Shown: positions 10,454 to 19,646 of the stretch, one piece after another
How positions within the stretch are numbered: the stretch's first letter is position 1
Layout: every line of letters begins with the position of its first letter
From: Escherichia phage AugustePiccard
Sequence record: MZ501051
Direction: 5' to 3' (one strand)
Length of the DNA stretch: 50,126 nucleotides
Notes under the pieces: generated by a model
What the model was told of the DNA's origin: nothing
Databases searched by the model: none
The model's input: the letters and a program-made list of their open reading frames with translations, nothing else
Translations under genes and position numbers: made by a program

Positions 10454-10855
10454 ATGAATGATGCAATTCTGGCGTTTATGCGATCGCTTGTTCCTGCGCT
10501 CAAAGCAGTGGATGACGAATCAATTAATGTATGGATCGATTTGGCGCGTCTCTACGTATGTGAGAGTAAGTTTGGTAATGATGCAGATCGCGCTGTGGGC
10601 CTATATGCGTTACACCTGATGCTTTCTGATGGCGCATTCAAGGGTGAGAGTGAAGGGCTGGAAACATACAGTCGAAGAATGGCAAGCTACGCACTGAGCG
10701 GTGAGTTCTCTATCACTTATGATAACCAATCAGCAATCCAGGGTGATTTGTCATCTTCCTCTTGGGGTCGTATGTACAAAGCACTTCTCCGCAAGAAAGG
10801 TGGTGGTTTTGGATTGATTACTTCCGCTCGTGGCGGTGGGTGCGGTTGCCGATGA
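10454..10855 (+). CDS. head-tail connector/adaptor protein (putative)
   Basis: Position between capsid and tail genes; ATG 10454 with RBS; stop overlaps the next start (ATGA). Confidence 0.4.
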   Translation: MNDAILAFMRSLVPALKAVDDESINVWIDLARLYVCESKFGNDADRAVGLYALHLMLSDGAFKGESEGLETYSRRMASYALSGEFSITYDNQSAIQGDLSSSSWGRMYKALLRKKGGGFGLITSARGGGCGCR

Positions 10856-11223
10856 ACTACAACGAAATAGAATCAATCACTCGCGCTGGAATTAACTTCT
10901 TTAGTGATGTCAATGGCGTTTATGAGATGAGCACTGGCGCTGGATATGTTGAAATCGTTAACGGCGTTGAGGTTGAGGTTCCTTCGCAGACATTCCAGCT
11001 AAAAGGCTTGGTGCGAGAAATAAAGACGCGCGATATCGATGGTGAGTTTATCCAGTTTGGCGATAAGCGCGGAATATTCACGGCTCAGGTGGAAATTAAG
11101 CAGGGCTATCAGATTAAAGTAGATGGTGAGACTTTCGTTGTTGTTGACCCGCGCCCCGTCAAACCAACTGGTACAGTTGTTGGCTACAGGCCTATTCTTC
11201 GTAGGGTGGCTACTTATGGCTAG
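10852..11223 (+). CDS. head closure / neck protein (putative)
   Basis: Translationally coupled (ATGA overlap at 10852-10855); position. Confidence 0.4.
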   Translation: MNYNEIESITRAGINFFSDVNGVYEMSTGAGYVEIVNGVEVEVPSQTFQLKGLVREIKTRDIDGEFIQFGDKRGIFTAQVEIKQGYQIKVDGETFVVVDPRPVKPTGTVVGYRPILRRVATYG

Positions 11224-11653
11224 AAATATTGGAAGCGTGGCCACTTTTGAGAAATCTATTGCTGACTGGGCTGATAGAGCAGATAAGGGGTTTGAGATTG
11301 TAGTAGCTAATACGGTTACCAAGACAGCTAACGCTATTGTAGACCTTTCCCCTGTCGACACTGGTAGATTCAAAGCTAACTGGCAAATAACCGCAAACTC
11401 ACCAGCCCAACAGTCGCTAAATGAATACGATCAGACGGGTGGGCAAACAAAAACATATCTCGCAAGACAGGCTCGGGCAGTTGCCAATTCAAAGGCTACT
11501 AGTGTTATTTATATAACCAACCGACTTGATTACGCGGCCGATCTTGAATATGGAGCGTCAAACCAAGCTCCGGCTGGTGTTTTAGGCGTGGTGCAAGCGA
11601 GGCTTGGTAGGTATTTTCAGGAAGCAGTAGAGGAGGCTCGTCGTGCAATATGA
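11216..11653 (+). CDS. tail completion / neck protein (putative)
   Basis: Start ATG 11216 overlaps the upstream stop; position in the head-tail joining block. Confidence 0.4.
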   Translation: MARNIGSVATFEKSIADWADRADKGFEIVVANTVTKTANAIVDLSPVDTGRFKANWQITANSPAQQSLNEYDQTGGQTKTYLARQARAVANSKATSVIYITNRLDYAADLEYGASNQAPAGVLGVVQARLGRYFQEAVEEARRAI

Positions 11654-12044
11654 ATTATCATTAGCCGCAAGGAAATTCGTCGACGATTTGTTGGTAAATG
11701 AATTTCCGGTCAGATATCCAGTTGCTTGGGAGAACTGTAAGTTTACTCCTCCTGCCGACGGCTCAATCTGGCTTAAGTACGACTACACAGAAGTTGATAC
11801 CGTAACCTACGGATTAAGCAGGAAGTGCAAATACTACGTAGGCATGGTGCAGATTTCAGTATTCTTAAGTCCTGGTACTGGAATTGATAAGCCGAGACAG
11901 ATTGCTAATCAATTGGCAGAATCTATCGTTGATGGTACAATGCTTGACAGCGGGACCATTTATGAGTCTGGAGTTGTTAACCCGGTTATCAAATCCAAGT
12001 CTGGGTGGTTTATCCCGGTTCGTTTTTATGTTCGTCTAGACTAA
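11643..12044 (+). CDS. tail terminator protein (putative)
   Basis: GTG start preceded by RBS GAGGAGG; directly upstream of the major tail protein. Confidence 0.4.
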   Translation: MQYELSLAARKFVDDLLVNEFPVRYPVAWENCKFTPPADGSIWLKYDYTEVDTVTYGLSRKCKYYVGMVQISVFLSPGTGIDKPRQIANQLAESIVDGTMLDSGTIYESGVVNPVIKSKSGWFIPVRFYVRLD

Positions 12045-12059
12045 CAAAAGGAAAAATAC

Positions 12060-12716
12060 ATGGCCCATCTCAGCAATGGCACTCAGGTCTTCGTAGAAGG
12101 CTCTAGGGGAGCTACAATTGACGTAACTGCAATTTCCAACGCAGTTACCCCTGTTTTAACTGTATCTGACGCCTCTGGCTTGGTTGTTGGTGATTACCTG
12201 CTTTTCACCTCTTCTGCTTCCACGCTTCTGGCTGACAAGCAAGTTCGAGTTACCGAAATCTCTGGCACGTCAGTAACTGTTGAAGGTATTGATACCTCTA
12301 GCACTACAAAGTTCCCAGCCGGTTTAACTGGTGAAGTTGTTAAGATTACTTCTTGGTTCGAAGTTCCGTGCGTTCAGGATGTATCTACTGATGGCGGCGA
12401 ACAGCAGTTCGTTAACTTCCAGTGCCTGTCAGATGACCGTGAACAGCAGATTCCGACTTATAAATCTGCGGTAACTAACACCTTTACCTTTGCTCATGAG
12501 TACACTAACCCGGTTTATCCGGTTCTGCGTAACTATGATGAGTCTGGTCAGGTTGTTGCGATTCGTCTGTTCGTACCTAGAGCCAGCGAAATGCGTTTGC
12601 AGTCCGGCACTATCGCTTTCAACGACACCCCGACCATTGGCGTTAACGAAATCGAAACGGTATCCATCGCAGTATCCATTCGTGGCCGCCTGTCCTCTGT
12701 GGCAGCAGAAGTTTAA
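12060..12716 (+). CDS. major tail protein
   Basis: 218 aa between neck genes and tail chaperones; strong terminator downstream. Confidence 0.55.
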   Translation: MAHLSNGTQVFVEGSRGATIDVTAISNAVTPVLTVSDASGLVVGDYLLFTSSASTLLADKQVRVTEISGTSVTVEGIDTSSTTKFPAGLTGEVVKITSWFEVPCVQDVSTDGGEQQFVNFQCLSDDREQQIPTYKSAVTNTFTFAHEYTNPVYPVLRNYDESGQVVAIRLFVPRASEMRLQSGTIAFNDTPTIGVNEIETVSIAVSIRGRLSSVAAEV

Positions 12717-12721
12717 AACAC

Positions 12722-12747
12722 CAACCCTCTTCGGAGGGTTTTTTATT
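12722..12747 (+). terminator. rho-independent terminator after the major tail gene
   Basis: ACCCTC-TTCG-GAGGGT plus T7. Confidence 0.75.
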
Positions 12748-12749
12748 GC

Positions 12750-12793
12750 ATAGCACTTTTTGCCAAAGATCTTATTCAACTTTGCTGTATAGT
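12750..12793 (+). promoter_or_regulatory. box promoter for the tail-module lipoprotein
   Basis: ATAGCACTTTTTGCCAAAG, 22 nt, TATAGT, leader CATCGAAACGAAATGAGAG. Confidence 0.55.
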
Positions 12794-12826
12794 TACCTCA
12801 TCGAAACGAAATGAGAGATTAAAGAA

Positions 12827-13213
12827 ATGAAAGCAATCATCGCAATTATGGCAACCTTGTTACTCGCTGGCTGTAACTCAGATAAGGTAAAGACACTTAA
12901 CGTTGATCTGGCATCAAACGAATGCAAGAACATCGTATACAACGCGACGGTTAACAATGAATCATTTACTCAGCTTTCATTCAAACACCCAGAGCTCAAA
13001 GATGCCGTTATGTACGTGGCGCACATTGAATGCACGAAATCTGTTAACAATTTTACCCGCGGCGTTGTAGTTGAGCACAACACAACATTGGCAAAAGTAT
13101 CAAAGCCTAGTGACGCTTCAATCGCGATGGTTTATACTAATATCTACAATTTAGAAGGTTTCGCTAAGGAAGTTGGCGAGAAGCTGGCTTACTCACGCGT
13201 TGTTATGAAATAA
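12827..13213 (+). CDS. lipoprotein (moron in tail module)
   Basis: Signal peptide with canonical lipobox LLAGC; own box promoter and leader; inserted between major tail protein and chaperone genes. Confidence 0.65.
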   Translation: MKAIIAIMATLLLAGCNSDKVKTLNVDLASNECKNIVYNATVNNESFTQLSFKHPELKDAVMYVAHIECTKSVNNFTRGVVVEHNTTLAKVSKPSDASIAMVYTNIYNLEGFAKEVGEKLAYSRVVMK

Positions 13214-13230
13214 ATAGAGGATAAAACGAG

Positions 13231-13545
13231 ATGGCAAAGTTCAAACTTTCACTGGCGGCACTGCCAGACTTCAAGCTCCCAGTAAAATTTAAGCTGGCTA
13301 ACGACCAGGATGTAGAGGTTATCTTTACAGTTAAGCATAAGAAGACTTCTGAGCTTCAGGAATTGCTTAACAAGGAAGGCTTGAGCACCAAAGAACTCAT
13401 TATGGCAATTGCTTCTGATTGGGATCTGGAAGAGGAATACAACGAGGATAACGTTAATGAGTTCTCCGACCTGTTCCCGGCTTCAACTGTTGCGCTGACC
13501 ACCGCTTATATGCAAGCACTTGCTGGGCAGCGAGTAAAAAACTAA
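13231..13545 (+). CDS. tail assembly chaperone (G-like)
   Basis: Small ORF just upstream of the tape measure gene; ends at slippery heptamer A AAA AAC. Confidence 0.6.
   Translation: MAKFKLSLAALPDFKLPVKFKLANDQDVEVIFTVKHKKTSELQELLNKEGLSTKELIMAIASDWDLEEEYNEDNVNEFSDLFPASTVALTTAYMQALAGQRVKN
13536..13542 (+). other. -1 programmed ribosomal frameshift slippery site (A AAA AAC)
   Basis: X XXY YYZ heptamer 3 nt before the stop of the G-like chaperone; the -1 frame continues into ORF 13554..13865. Confidence 0.6.
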
Positions 13546-13553
13546 AACGAGCG

Positions 13554-13865
13554 GTGTATCTACAGTACCAGTCAGACCCAACCGATGCCGAACTGGAAGC
13601 TATTGGGATGCGCCGCTCTGATTACGAAGATGAAGAGCCTGAGGTTTTACACTTCGACGACAACATGATGAAGGCGTGGGACATTTATTGTTCAATGGCT
13701 ACACAATGGAGAGTCGGAGCTAACGGAGCTACAGGCTTAGATTACAACGTGCTAAATTTCCTCTTTAGAGTGTATAATGTTTCTGAAGAAGAATTGGTGC
13801 TCAGCGATTTACGCATCCTTGAAGCTAAGGCTCTAGAGATGATGGACAACCTGAGAAAAAAATAA
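13554..13865 (+). CDS. tail assembly chaperone frameshift extension (T-like; G-T fusion by -1 frameshift)
   Basis: ORF in the -1 frame relative to 13231..13545 with no independent RBS; slippery site at 13536-13542. Confidence 0.55.
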   Translation: MYLQYQSDPTDAELEAIGMRRSDYEDEEPEVLHFDDNMMKAWDIYCSMATQWRVGANGATGLDYNVLNFLFRVYNVSEEELVLSDLRILEAKALEMMDNLRKK

Positions 13866-13887
13866 CCCGCTTCGGCGGGTTTTCTAT
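13864..13887 (+). terminator. rho-independent terminator
   Basis: CCCGC-TTCG-GCGGG plus TTTTCT. Confidence 0.6.
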
Positions 13888-13900
13888 TATGGAGGCTTAG

Positions 13901-16663
13901 ATGGCAACAAATGAATTAGCCGGAATCACCCTAGCCGTAGACGTCTCGCAGGTAGACAGGGGTACGCAATCCCTACAGAAGTTCAGGCAAGCTAACCAGC
14001 AAGCCGCTTCCGGCATTAGTGAATTCGTCAATGCCGAGCAGGTTGCAAAGACTCAAGCTAGAGAAACGGCTCGCGCACTGGCTGAACAGCAAGCATCTTT
14101 GGCTAAATTGCAAACAGCGATTGATCCAACTGCGGCAAAGTTCCGTAAACTCCAGGAGGCAGCGGTAGGTCTTGATAAAGCGTTCGCTGCTGGCGCAGTT
14201 CCTGACGAGGAGTTTTTCCGATTAGGTGAAGCACTTGAAACGCAGAACGCAAAACTTGCTCGTTCACGTGCGGCGCTAACTGAAGAGGGAAGAGCGGCAG
14301 CGCAGGCTGCAAAGGATAAGGCAAAAGCAAAGGCTGAAGCGGATAGATTTATTGCGTCACTACAACGACAGGCTCAAGCGGCAACATTGACGCGTGAAGA
14401 GTACTTGAAGTTGCAGGCGGCCCAACTTGGCGTTTCGGCGCAGGCCACCCCATTAATTAACCAGATTGGCACTGCAACCCAGAGAACGGTTGAAAATCTT
14501 GGCAGGCAAGCAGCAGCATTCCAGAAATCAGGGTTAAGCGCGGGTCAATACAAAAACGCGATTTCTCAGTTACCAGCACAGATTACAGATATTGGAACAT
14601 CATTGGCTGGTGGGATTCCGATTTGGCTTATTGCAATTCAGCAGGGCGGGCAGATTAAGGATGCATTTGGCGGCATTGCTAATACTGCGAGATTCCTCCT
14701 TTCTTATCTCAACCCGCTCACGGTAGCTGCTGGAGTTCTTGGTGCTGGCTTTGCTTACGCTGCTTTAAGTATTTATAAGAGCGAGGCGGCAATTAAGGCA
14801 GCAAGAAAGGCTGTTGAGGAAACGCTTGGCGTCACAGATGAGGCAGCTCGACAACTAAGCATTAGCATCGCCAAGATTTCTGAGGCTTCAGGTAAGACTG
14901 CTGAAGACATTGCGAAGTCATTCGTATCAACACGTGACGGAGCGCAAGAAGCAATCCTGAAGCTGATTGATGTTGGTGTGAGTTATGATGAAGCCAGGGA
15001 GCTGGTCGAGCGTTACAAGAATGCATCAAACTTTACCCAAGTTAACGCACAAATCGAGCAGCACAGGCTTGAGGCTGCAAAGATTCAGGACAGCTGGTTC
15101 GAGAACGCGAAGGCTGTAAGCTACTATAATGATGTTGCTGTGCAAGGTCTTGTTAACTCCCCGCTAACAAACGTGGCGGCAAGAAACAGCGCGGCAATTC
15201 AGGAATTTGCGAGCCTTCTAGAAAAGGATGTGAACCAGGCTCTTATCGATGGTAATAGACACGTCGCTGAGCAAGTTGATTTAATCGGGAAGGAGTACTT
15301 AGCCCTTGATCGCGTGGCTGGTGCTGAGAAGTCACTTGCAGACGCCAGGAAGCAAGCAGCAGCAATTGCGAGAAGCGGTAACGCTGAAGCTATCGCTCAG
15401 GCGAACAGAGTAATTCAGTTGCGTCAGCGAGAACTAGATGAAGCCAAGAAGGCTGAGGCAGAGAGAAACAAGCCAGCAAAAACGAAAGCACCAAAGGAAG
15501 CCAGAGACCTTACCATCAATTATGAGTCAGGAGTCCTTGCTCTGGAGGCTCAGTTAAGGCTACTTCAGAACGTTGGAAGTCAGACGAAGGCAATCAGCAC
15601 TGAGCGGAGAAAACTACTTGAGGAAGAAGCTAAGTTTGCAATCCTTGAGGAGCGCCAGGCGGCTGGAACAATAGGCAGGGAGCAAGCAAGGCTTCTTATT
15701 GAGAAGGATAAGGTTCTTCAACTAGCTAGACAGAAGGCAGAATTGGGTGACCAGATTGTTTTGCAGGAGCGAGCTAATAAGTTAGCTGAAGATAACAGGA
15801 AGAAGATTCTTCAGATTAACAATGAGGCAAGTAACATCAGCCTGGGTGCTGGTCTATCCTCTCGGGAGCAGCAAAGACTCAAAGAGATTCAGGCTCTTCA
15901 ATCCAATCAGGAAAATGCTGGTGGTTCTCTTGAAGACGTAGATTTCCAGCAGTTACTGGAAGCAAGAAGGCAATTCTACAGGGATGAGGATGCGCTACGT
16001 GAAAACTGGCTTGCTGGTGTGAATCAATCCTTTGCCAATTGGGCTGAGAGCGCGACGGATGCCTTCTCAATTGCCGGAAGTTTAACCACAACCGTATTTG
16101 AGGGCATTACAGACCAGATTACCAACCTTGTAACCACTGGCGAAACAAACTTCAGAGAGTTTACTGTTAGCATTCTTAAGCAGATTGCTAAGATTGCGGC
16201 CCAGCTTCTTGTTGTCAAGGCAATCGAGTCCAGCTTAAGTAGCTTCGGTGGTACTGGCGGCGCTATTGGTTCAATTGCATCTGCTATAGGTTTCGCTGGT
16301 GGCGGTTACACTGGTGATGGAGGTAAGTATCAGCCGGCTGGCACAGTGCATCGTGGAGAGTTTGTATTCACAAAAGAAGCGACAAGCCGAATTGGTGTTA
16401 AGAACCTTTACGCACTAATGAAGGGTTACGCAAACGGCGGTGTTGTTGGTGGTCCTTCTGGTTATGCTAATGGAGGTTTGGTTTCTGGTGGCACTGATGT
16501 TAATGTTAGTGGTATCACTGTTAACGTAAACTCCGGGGTGGGTAGCGACCCAGAGCAAGCTAAGGCATTGCAAAGTGGAGTCAAGGCAATCGTAGCGGAA
16601 GAGATTGCTCAATCATTCCAGCAGGGTGGCAGGGCTTATCAGTACCTTCGCGGATTCAACTAA
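13901..16663 (+). CDS. tape measure protein
   Basis: 920 aa, Ala/Gln/Glu-rich coiled-coil N-terminal half and Gly-rich C-terminus; position in tail module. Confidence 0.85.
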   Translation: MATNELAGITLAVDVSQVDRGTQSLQKFRQANQQAASGISEFVNAEQVAKTQARETARALAEQQASLAKLQTAIDPTAAKFRKLQEAAVGLDKAFAAGAVPDEEFFRLGEALETQNAKLARSRAALTEEGRAAAQAAKDKAKAKAEADRFIASLQRQAQAATLTREEYLKLQAAQLGVSAQATPLINQIGTATQRTVENLGRQAAAFQKSGLSAGQYKNAISQLPAQITDIGTSLAGGIPIWLIAIQQGGQIKDAFGGIANTARFLLSYLNPLTVAAGVLGAGFAYAALSIYKSEAAIKAARKAVEETLGVTDEAARQLSISIAKISEASGKTAEDIAKSFVSTRDGAQEAILKLIDVGVSYDEARELVERYKNASNFTQVNAQIEQHRLEAAKIQDSWFENAKAVSYYNDVAVQGLVNSPLTNVAARNSAAIQEFASLLEKDVNQALIDGNRHVAEQVDLIGKEYLALDRVAGAEKSLADARKQAAAIARSGNAEAIAQANRVIQLRQRELDEAKKAEAERNKPAKTKAPKEARDLTINYESGVLALEAQLRLLQNVGSQTKAISTERRKLLEEEAKFAILEERQAAGTIGREQARLLIEKDKVLQLARQKAELGDQIVLQERANKLAEDNRKKILQINNEASNISLGAGLSSREQQRLKEIQALQSNQENAGGSLEDVDFQQLLEARRQFYRDEDALRENWLAGVNQSFANWAESATDAFSIAGSLTTTVFEGITDQITNLVTTGETNFREFTVSILKQIAKIAAQLLVVKAIESSLSSFGGTGGAIGSIASAIGFAGGGYTGDGGKYQPAGTVHRGEFVFTKEATSRIGVKNLYALMKGYANGGVVGGPSGYANGGLVSGGTDVNVSGITVNVNSGVGSDPEQAKALQSGVKAIVAEEIAQSFQQGGRAYQYLRGFN

Positions 16664-16693
16664 TTAATGGGGCTTCGGCCCCTAAGGATTTTT

Positions 16694-17044
16694 ATGGCTA
16701 TTGAGACTTTTAAATGGTGCACGCAGATTCAGGGCGGGTCCGCATCTTTCAGTAACACGAATAATGTGCGAATCGTTAGCTTTGGCAACGGTTACGAGCA
16801 GCGCGGAACAGGAGGATATCGCAGTAACAAGCGAAGCTACCAGATGACTTACACTAACAAGGACTGGCGCGATGTGATGGACTTTTGCTTCAATCACATA
16901 ATTACCCCGTTCTTCTGGACTACACCTCAGGGTGATACTTCTATGTTTGTGATTCAGCAGGATAGCATTAGCGTTACACCACTCAGCAAGGAAGTTCATA
17001 CTGTAAACATGCAATTCGTGGAAGTATTTAGCTCAATGCGTTAA
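16694..17044 (+). CDS. distal/minor tail protein (lambda gpM-like)
   Basis: First gene after the tape measure; size about 116 aa. Confidence 0.5.
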   Translation: MAIETFKWCTQIQGGSASFSNTNNVRIVSFGNGYEQRGTGGYRSNKRSYQMTYTNKDWRDVMDFCFNHIITPFFWTTPQGDTSMFVIQQDSISVTPLSKEVHTVNMQFVEVFSSMR

Positions 17045-17047
17045 ACT

Positions 17048-17073
17048 AAGCCCCATTAGGGGCTTTTTTTTAT
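17048..17073 (+). terminator. rho-independent terminator
   Basis: AGCCCC-ATTA-GGGGCT plus T8. Confidence 0.7.
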
Positions 17074-17084
17074 TGGAGAAATAT

Positions 17085-17840
17085 ATGTTAAGTCCAAAGT
17101 TTGAAAATCAGTTGCAAAGCCTTTTCCCTGGCGAAATTGTGACACTAATCCAGGTTGATGGCACCTCCTTTGGCGGTCTCGTTTATTCGTTCCATAATGA
17201 GAACATTTCATACACGCCAGAGGAAATCATGCTGGCCCAGATGAATGGCGATCCACTACCAGAGAAGACAATCACATTTCGCGGAGAGGAATATGGACCT
17301 CGCCCATTCGGAATCTCTGGTATCAATATGACCTCTGACGGAAAGGCCAACAAAGTGACGCTAACAGTATCAAACGTAGACCAGCGAATTAGCGCATTGA
17401 TTCGAACATACAATGGACTGGTTAGGGCTAAGGTTACTATCTGGATTACTACGCGAGACAACATCAACGAAGATGGAAGCATTGCTGATGGGGACTATCG
17501 CAGGTTCGTTTACTTCATTGAGAGACCAAAGCAGGTTGATTACAAAACGGCATCATTTGAGCTTAGCTCACCTATGGATATGGATGGAATTTACATTCCT
17601 GCGAGACTTGTTCAGTCTGTTTGCTATTTTGCCTCCAGGGGATGGTATCGAAGTGGTAATGGGTGTTCATATGCTGGTAACAGATACTTTAACAAGGATG
17701 ATGAGCCGGTGGCAGACCCTTCATTAGACTTCTGTGCGGGAACTGTTAACAGCTGCAAGCTTAGATTCGGTGAGAATAATCAGTTGGATTTTGGCGGTTG
17801 CGCGGCGGCAAGCCTTCAGGCAAAAGCGAATCAAAGCTAA
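17085..17840 (+). CDS. minor tail protein (lambda gpL-like)
   Basis: C-terminal Cys cluster (C..SRGWYRSGNGC..C...C), consistent with the gpL Fe-S motif; position. Confidence 0.6.
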   Translation: MLSPKFENQLQSLFPGEIVTLIQVDGTSFGGLVYSFHNENISYTPEEIMLAQMNGDPLPEKTITFRGEEYGPRPFGISGINMTSDGKANKVTLTVSNVDQRISALIRTYNGLVRAKVTIWITTRDNINEDGSIADGDYRRFVYFIERPKQVDYKTASFELSSPMDMDGIYIPARLVQSVCYFASRGWYRSGNGCSYAGNRYFNKDDEPVADPSLDFCAGTVNSCKLRFGENNQLDFGGCAAASLQAKANQS

Positions 17841-17884
17841 ATAGCACGAATTGCTAAACACCAACGCGACGGATGGCGTATAGT
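17839..17884 (+). promoter_or_regulatory. box promoter
   Basis: AAATAGCACGAATTGCTAAA, 22 nt, TATAGT, leader TTCATCGAAACGAGAGGAG. Confidence 0.6.
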
Positions 17885-17914
17885 TACTTCATCGAAACGA
17901 GAGGAGATAAATAA

Positions 17915-18232
17915 ATGAAAGCTAAATTTATTGCAAAATCGGAATGGTACACTGGTGAGTACGAATTTACCACTGGAGAGGATTACGAACTTAGTCACCA
18001 AGGCGGCAACTTCTATTCAACAATAGACAATAACGGTCTTTTGGCTTACTTTGAAAATGGTCGATACTATGAATTTGAGATCCTCAAAAATGAATCAAAA
18101 GAGAAGGAGATGACTTACAGAATGAATGGGGATGTGGTTACTGAATCATTCTTTTATGACAGGCTAATGGAGGCTGAGGCACTTAAGTCCAGAGGGGTTT
18201 CTGTATTTATAGATTTTGAGGTTAGTTTTTAA
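17915..18232 (+). CDS. hypothetical small protein (moron; paralogue of 2788..3168)
   Basis: Own box promoter and leader; YTGEYEFTTGEDYEL motif shared with ORF 2788..3168. Confidence 0.6.
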   Translation: MKAKFIAKSEWYTGEYEFTTGEDYELSHQGGNFYSTIDNNGLLAYFENGRYYEFEILKNESKEKEMTYRMNGDVVTESFFYDRLMEAEALKSRGVSVFIDFEVSF

Positions 18233-18255
18233 TAATCGAAATTGGTGTTAAACTA

Positions 18256-18283
18256 GGTCAATCGATAGATTGGCCTTTTTTAT
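18256..18283 (+). terminator. rho-independent terminator
   Basis: GGTCAATC-GATA-GATTGGCC plus T6. Confidence 0.6.
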
Positions 18284-18293
18284 TGGAGAAAAC

Positions 18294-19052
18294 ATGTTAA
18301 CACCCAAAGTCAAGCTGCAAATCTTCCAGCACGCAAAAGAAGCCTACCCGCATGAGTGCTGTGGAGTTGTTACGCAGAAGGGCAGGGCGCAGAAGTATCA
18401 CAGAATCACAAACTCAAGCAAAGACCCTGAAAACGAGTTCATTCTTGATTCAAATGAGTATGCAAATATCACCTTTAACCTCGCAGATAATGAGTCGATT
18501 GTGTACGTAGCTCACTCTCACACAGGCGACGGCGCCACAACAAGACCTAGCCCAGCGGACATTTGCAGCTGCAATGAATGCGAGATTCCTTATGTTATCG
18601 TAAGCATTCCTGAGGGTGACATGAGAATCCTTGAGCCATCAACCATGCCACTGATTGGTCGCCCGTGGGGTCTGGGTAGCTTTGACTGCTGGGAGTTGGT
18701 GATGGCATTTCACAAGAAATACGGCGTAAAACTGAATGACTACCGCGTCAATTACCCGTGGTGGGAGAAACGGTACAATGAAAATATCTATGATGACAAC
18801 TGGATTAAGGAAGGATTTGAGCTAGTAAAAACTTCAGATATTCCTATTGGCTCCATGATTATGATGCAGGTGCAAAGCGAGGTGACAAACCACGCCGGAA
18901 TCTACATTGGCAACAACAGATTTATTCATCACCTTTATGGTAAAATGAGTTCCGTTGATATCTACTCCGATTACTGGCGAGAGCGCACAGTGCGAATTGT
19001 TCGCCATAAGGATTTACCAGAGGATGTAATTTATGACCCAGAAACTGATTGA
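18294..19052 (+). CDS. tail assembly protein (lambda gpK-like; JAMM/MPN + NlpC/P60-like)
   Basis: JAMM-type motif VAHSHTGDGATTRPSPAD plus a Cys/His region; position after the gpL-like gene. Confidence 0.65.
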   Translation: MLTPKVKLQIFQHAKEAYPHECCGVVTQKGRAQKYHRITNSSKDPENEFILDSNEYANITFNLADNESIVYVAHSHTGDGATTRPSPADICSCNECEIPYVIVSIPEGDMRILEPSTMPLIGRPWGLGSFDCWELVMAFHKKYGVKLNDYRVNYPWWEKRYNENIYDDNWIKEGFELVKTSDIPIGSMIMMQVQSEVTNHAGIYIGNNRFIHHLYGKMSSVDIYSDYWRERTVRIVRHKDLPEDVIYDPETD

Positions 19053-19605
19053 TATTAAGCTAGGCCTGTCTCTAGGCCGTAAGTTTGGAAAGATTCACCA
19101 GATGGCAGTGAATAGTGTTCCCGAGGCGATGAGAGCGCTATGCTCACAGATTCCAGCATTCAAAGAATTCATGAACAGTCATGTTGGTCAGAACACAAGG
19201 TACGCAGTGTTCGTTGATGGCAAAAATGTGAACGAGCATCGAATCTCTGATTTTAGTGCCGTTCAGGAGATACGCATCTTACCAATCCCACAAGGTCGCA
19301 AGTCCGGTGGGTTGTTTCAGACAATTTTAGGTGCTGCGCTTATCACGGTTGGTATCTTTACCGGGCAGATTTATCTTGTTGGCGCTGGTGTGTCTTTAGC
19401 GGCGGGTGGTATTGCTCAGTTACTCTCACCTCAAGCGACTGGATTGAAGACCCAGAACAACCAAACAAGCAACCGAGCATCATACGCATTCGGCTCAGCA
19501 GTAAACACAGTAGCTGCTGGATATCCAGTTTGCTTGCCATACGGCTATAGAACGGTTGGCGGCTCGGTATTTTCGGCCGGTTCATATGCAGAGGACAATG
19601 CTTAA
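19033..19605 (+). CDS. tail assembly protein (lambda gpI-like)
   Basis: 190 aa overlapping the K-like gene, directly upstream of the J-like gene; hydrophobic Gly-rich C-terminal half. Confidence 0.55.
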   Translation: MTQKLIDIKLGLSLGRKFGKIHQMAVNSVPEAMRALCSQIPAFKEFMNSHVGQNTRYAVFVDGKNVNEHRISDFSAVQEIRILPIPQGRKSGGLFQTILGAALITVGIFTGQIYLVGAGVSLAAGGIAQLLSPQATGLKTQNNQTSNRASYAFGSAVNTVAAGYPVCLPYGYRTVGGSVFSAGSYAEDNA

Positions 19606-19612
19606 ATACCAT

Positions 19613-19637
19613 ACCCGCCTAGTGCGGGTTTTTTATT
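19613..19637 (+). terminator. rho-independent terminator
   Basis: CCCGC-CTAGT-GCGGG plus T6. Confidence 0.7.
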
Positions 19638-19646
19638 TAGTGTAGA

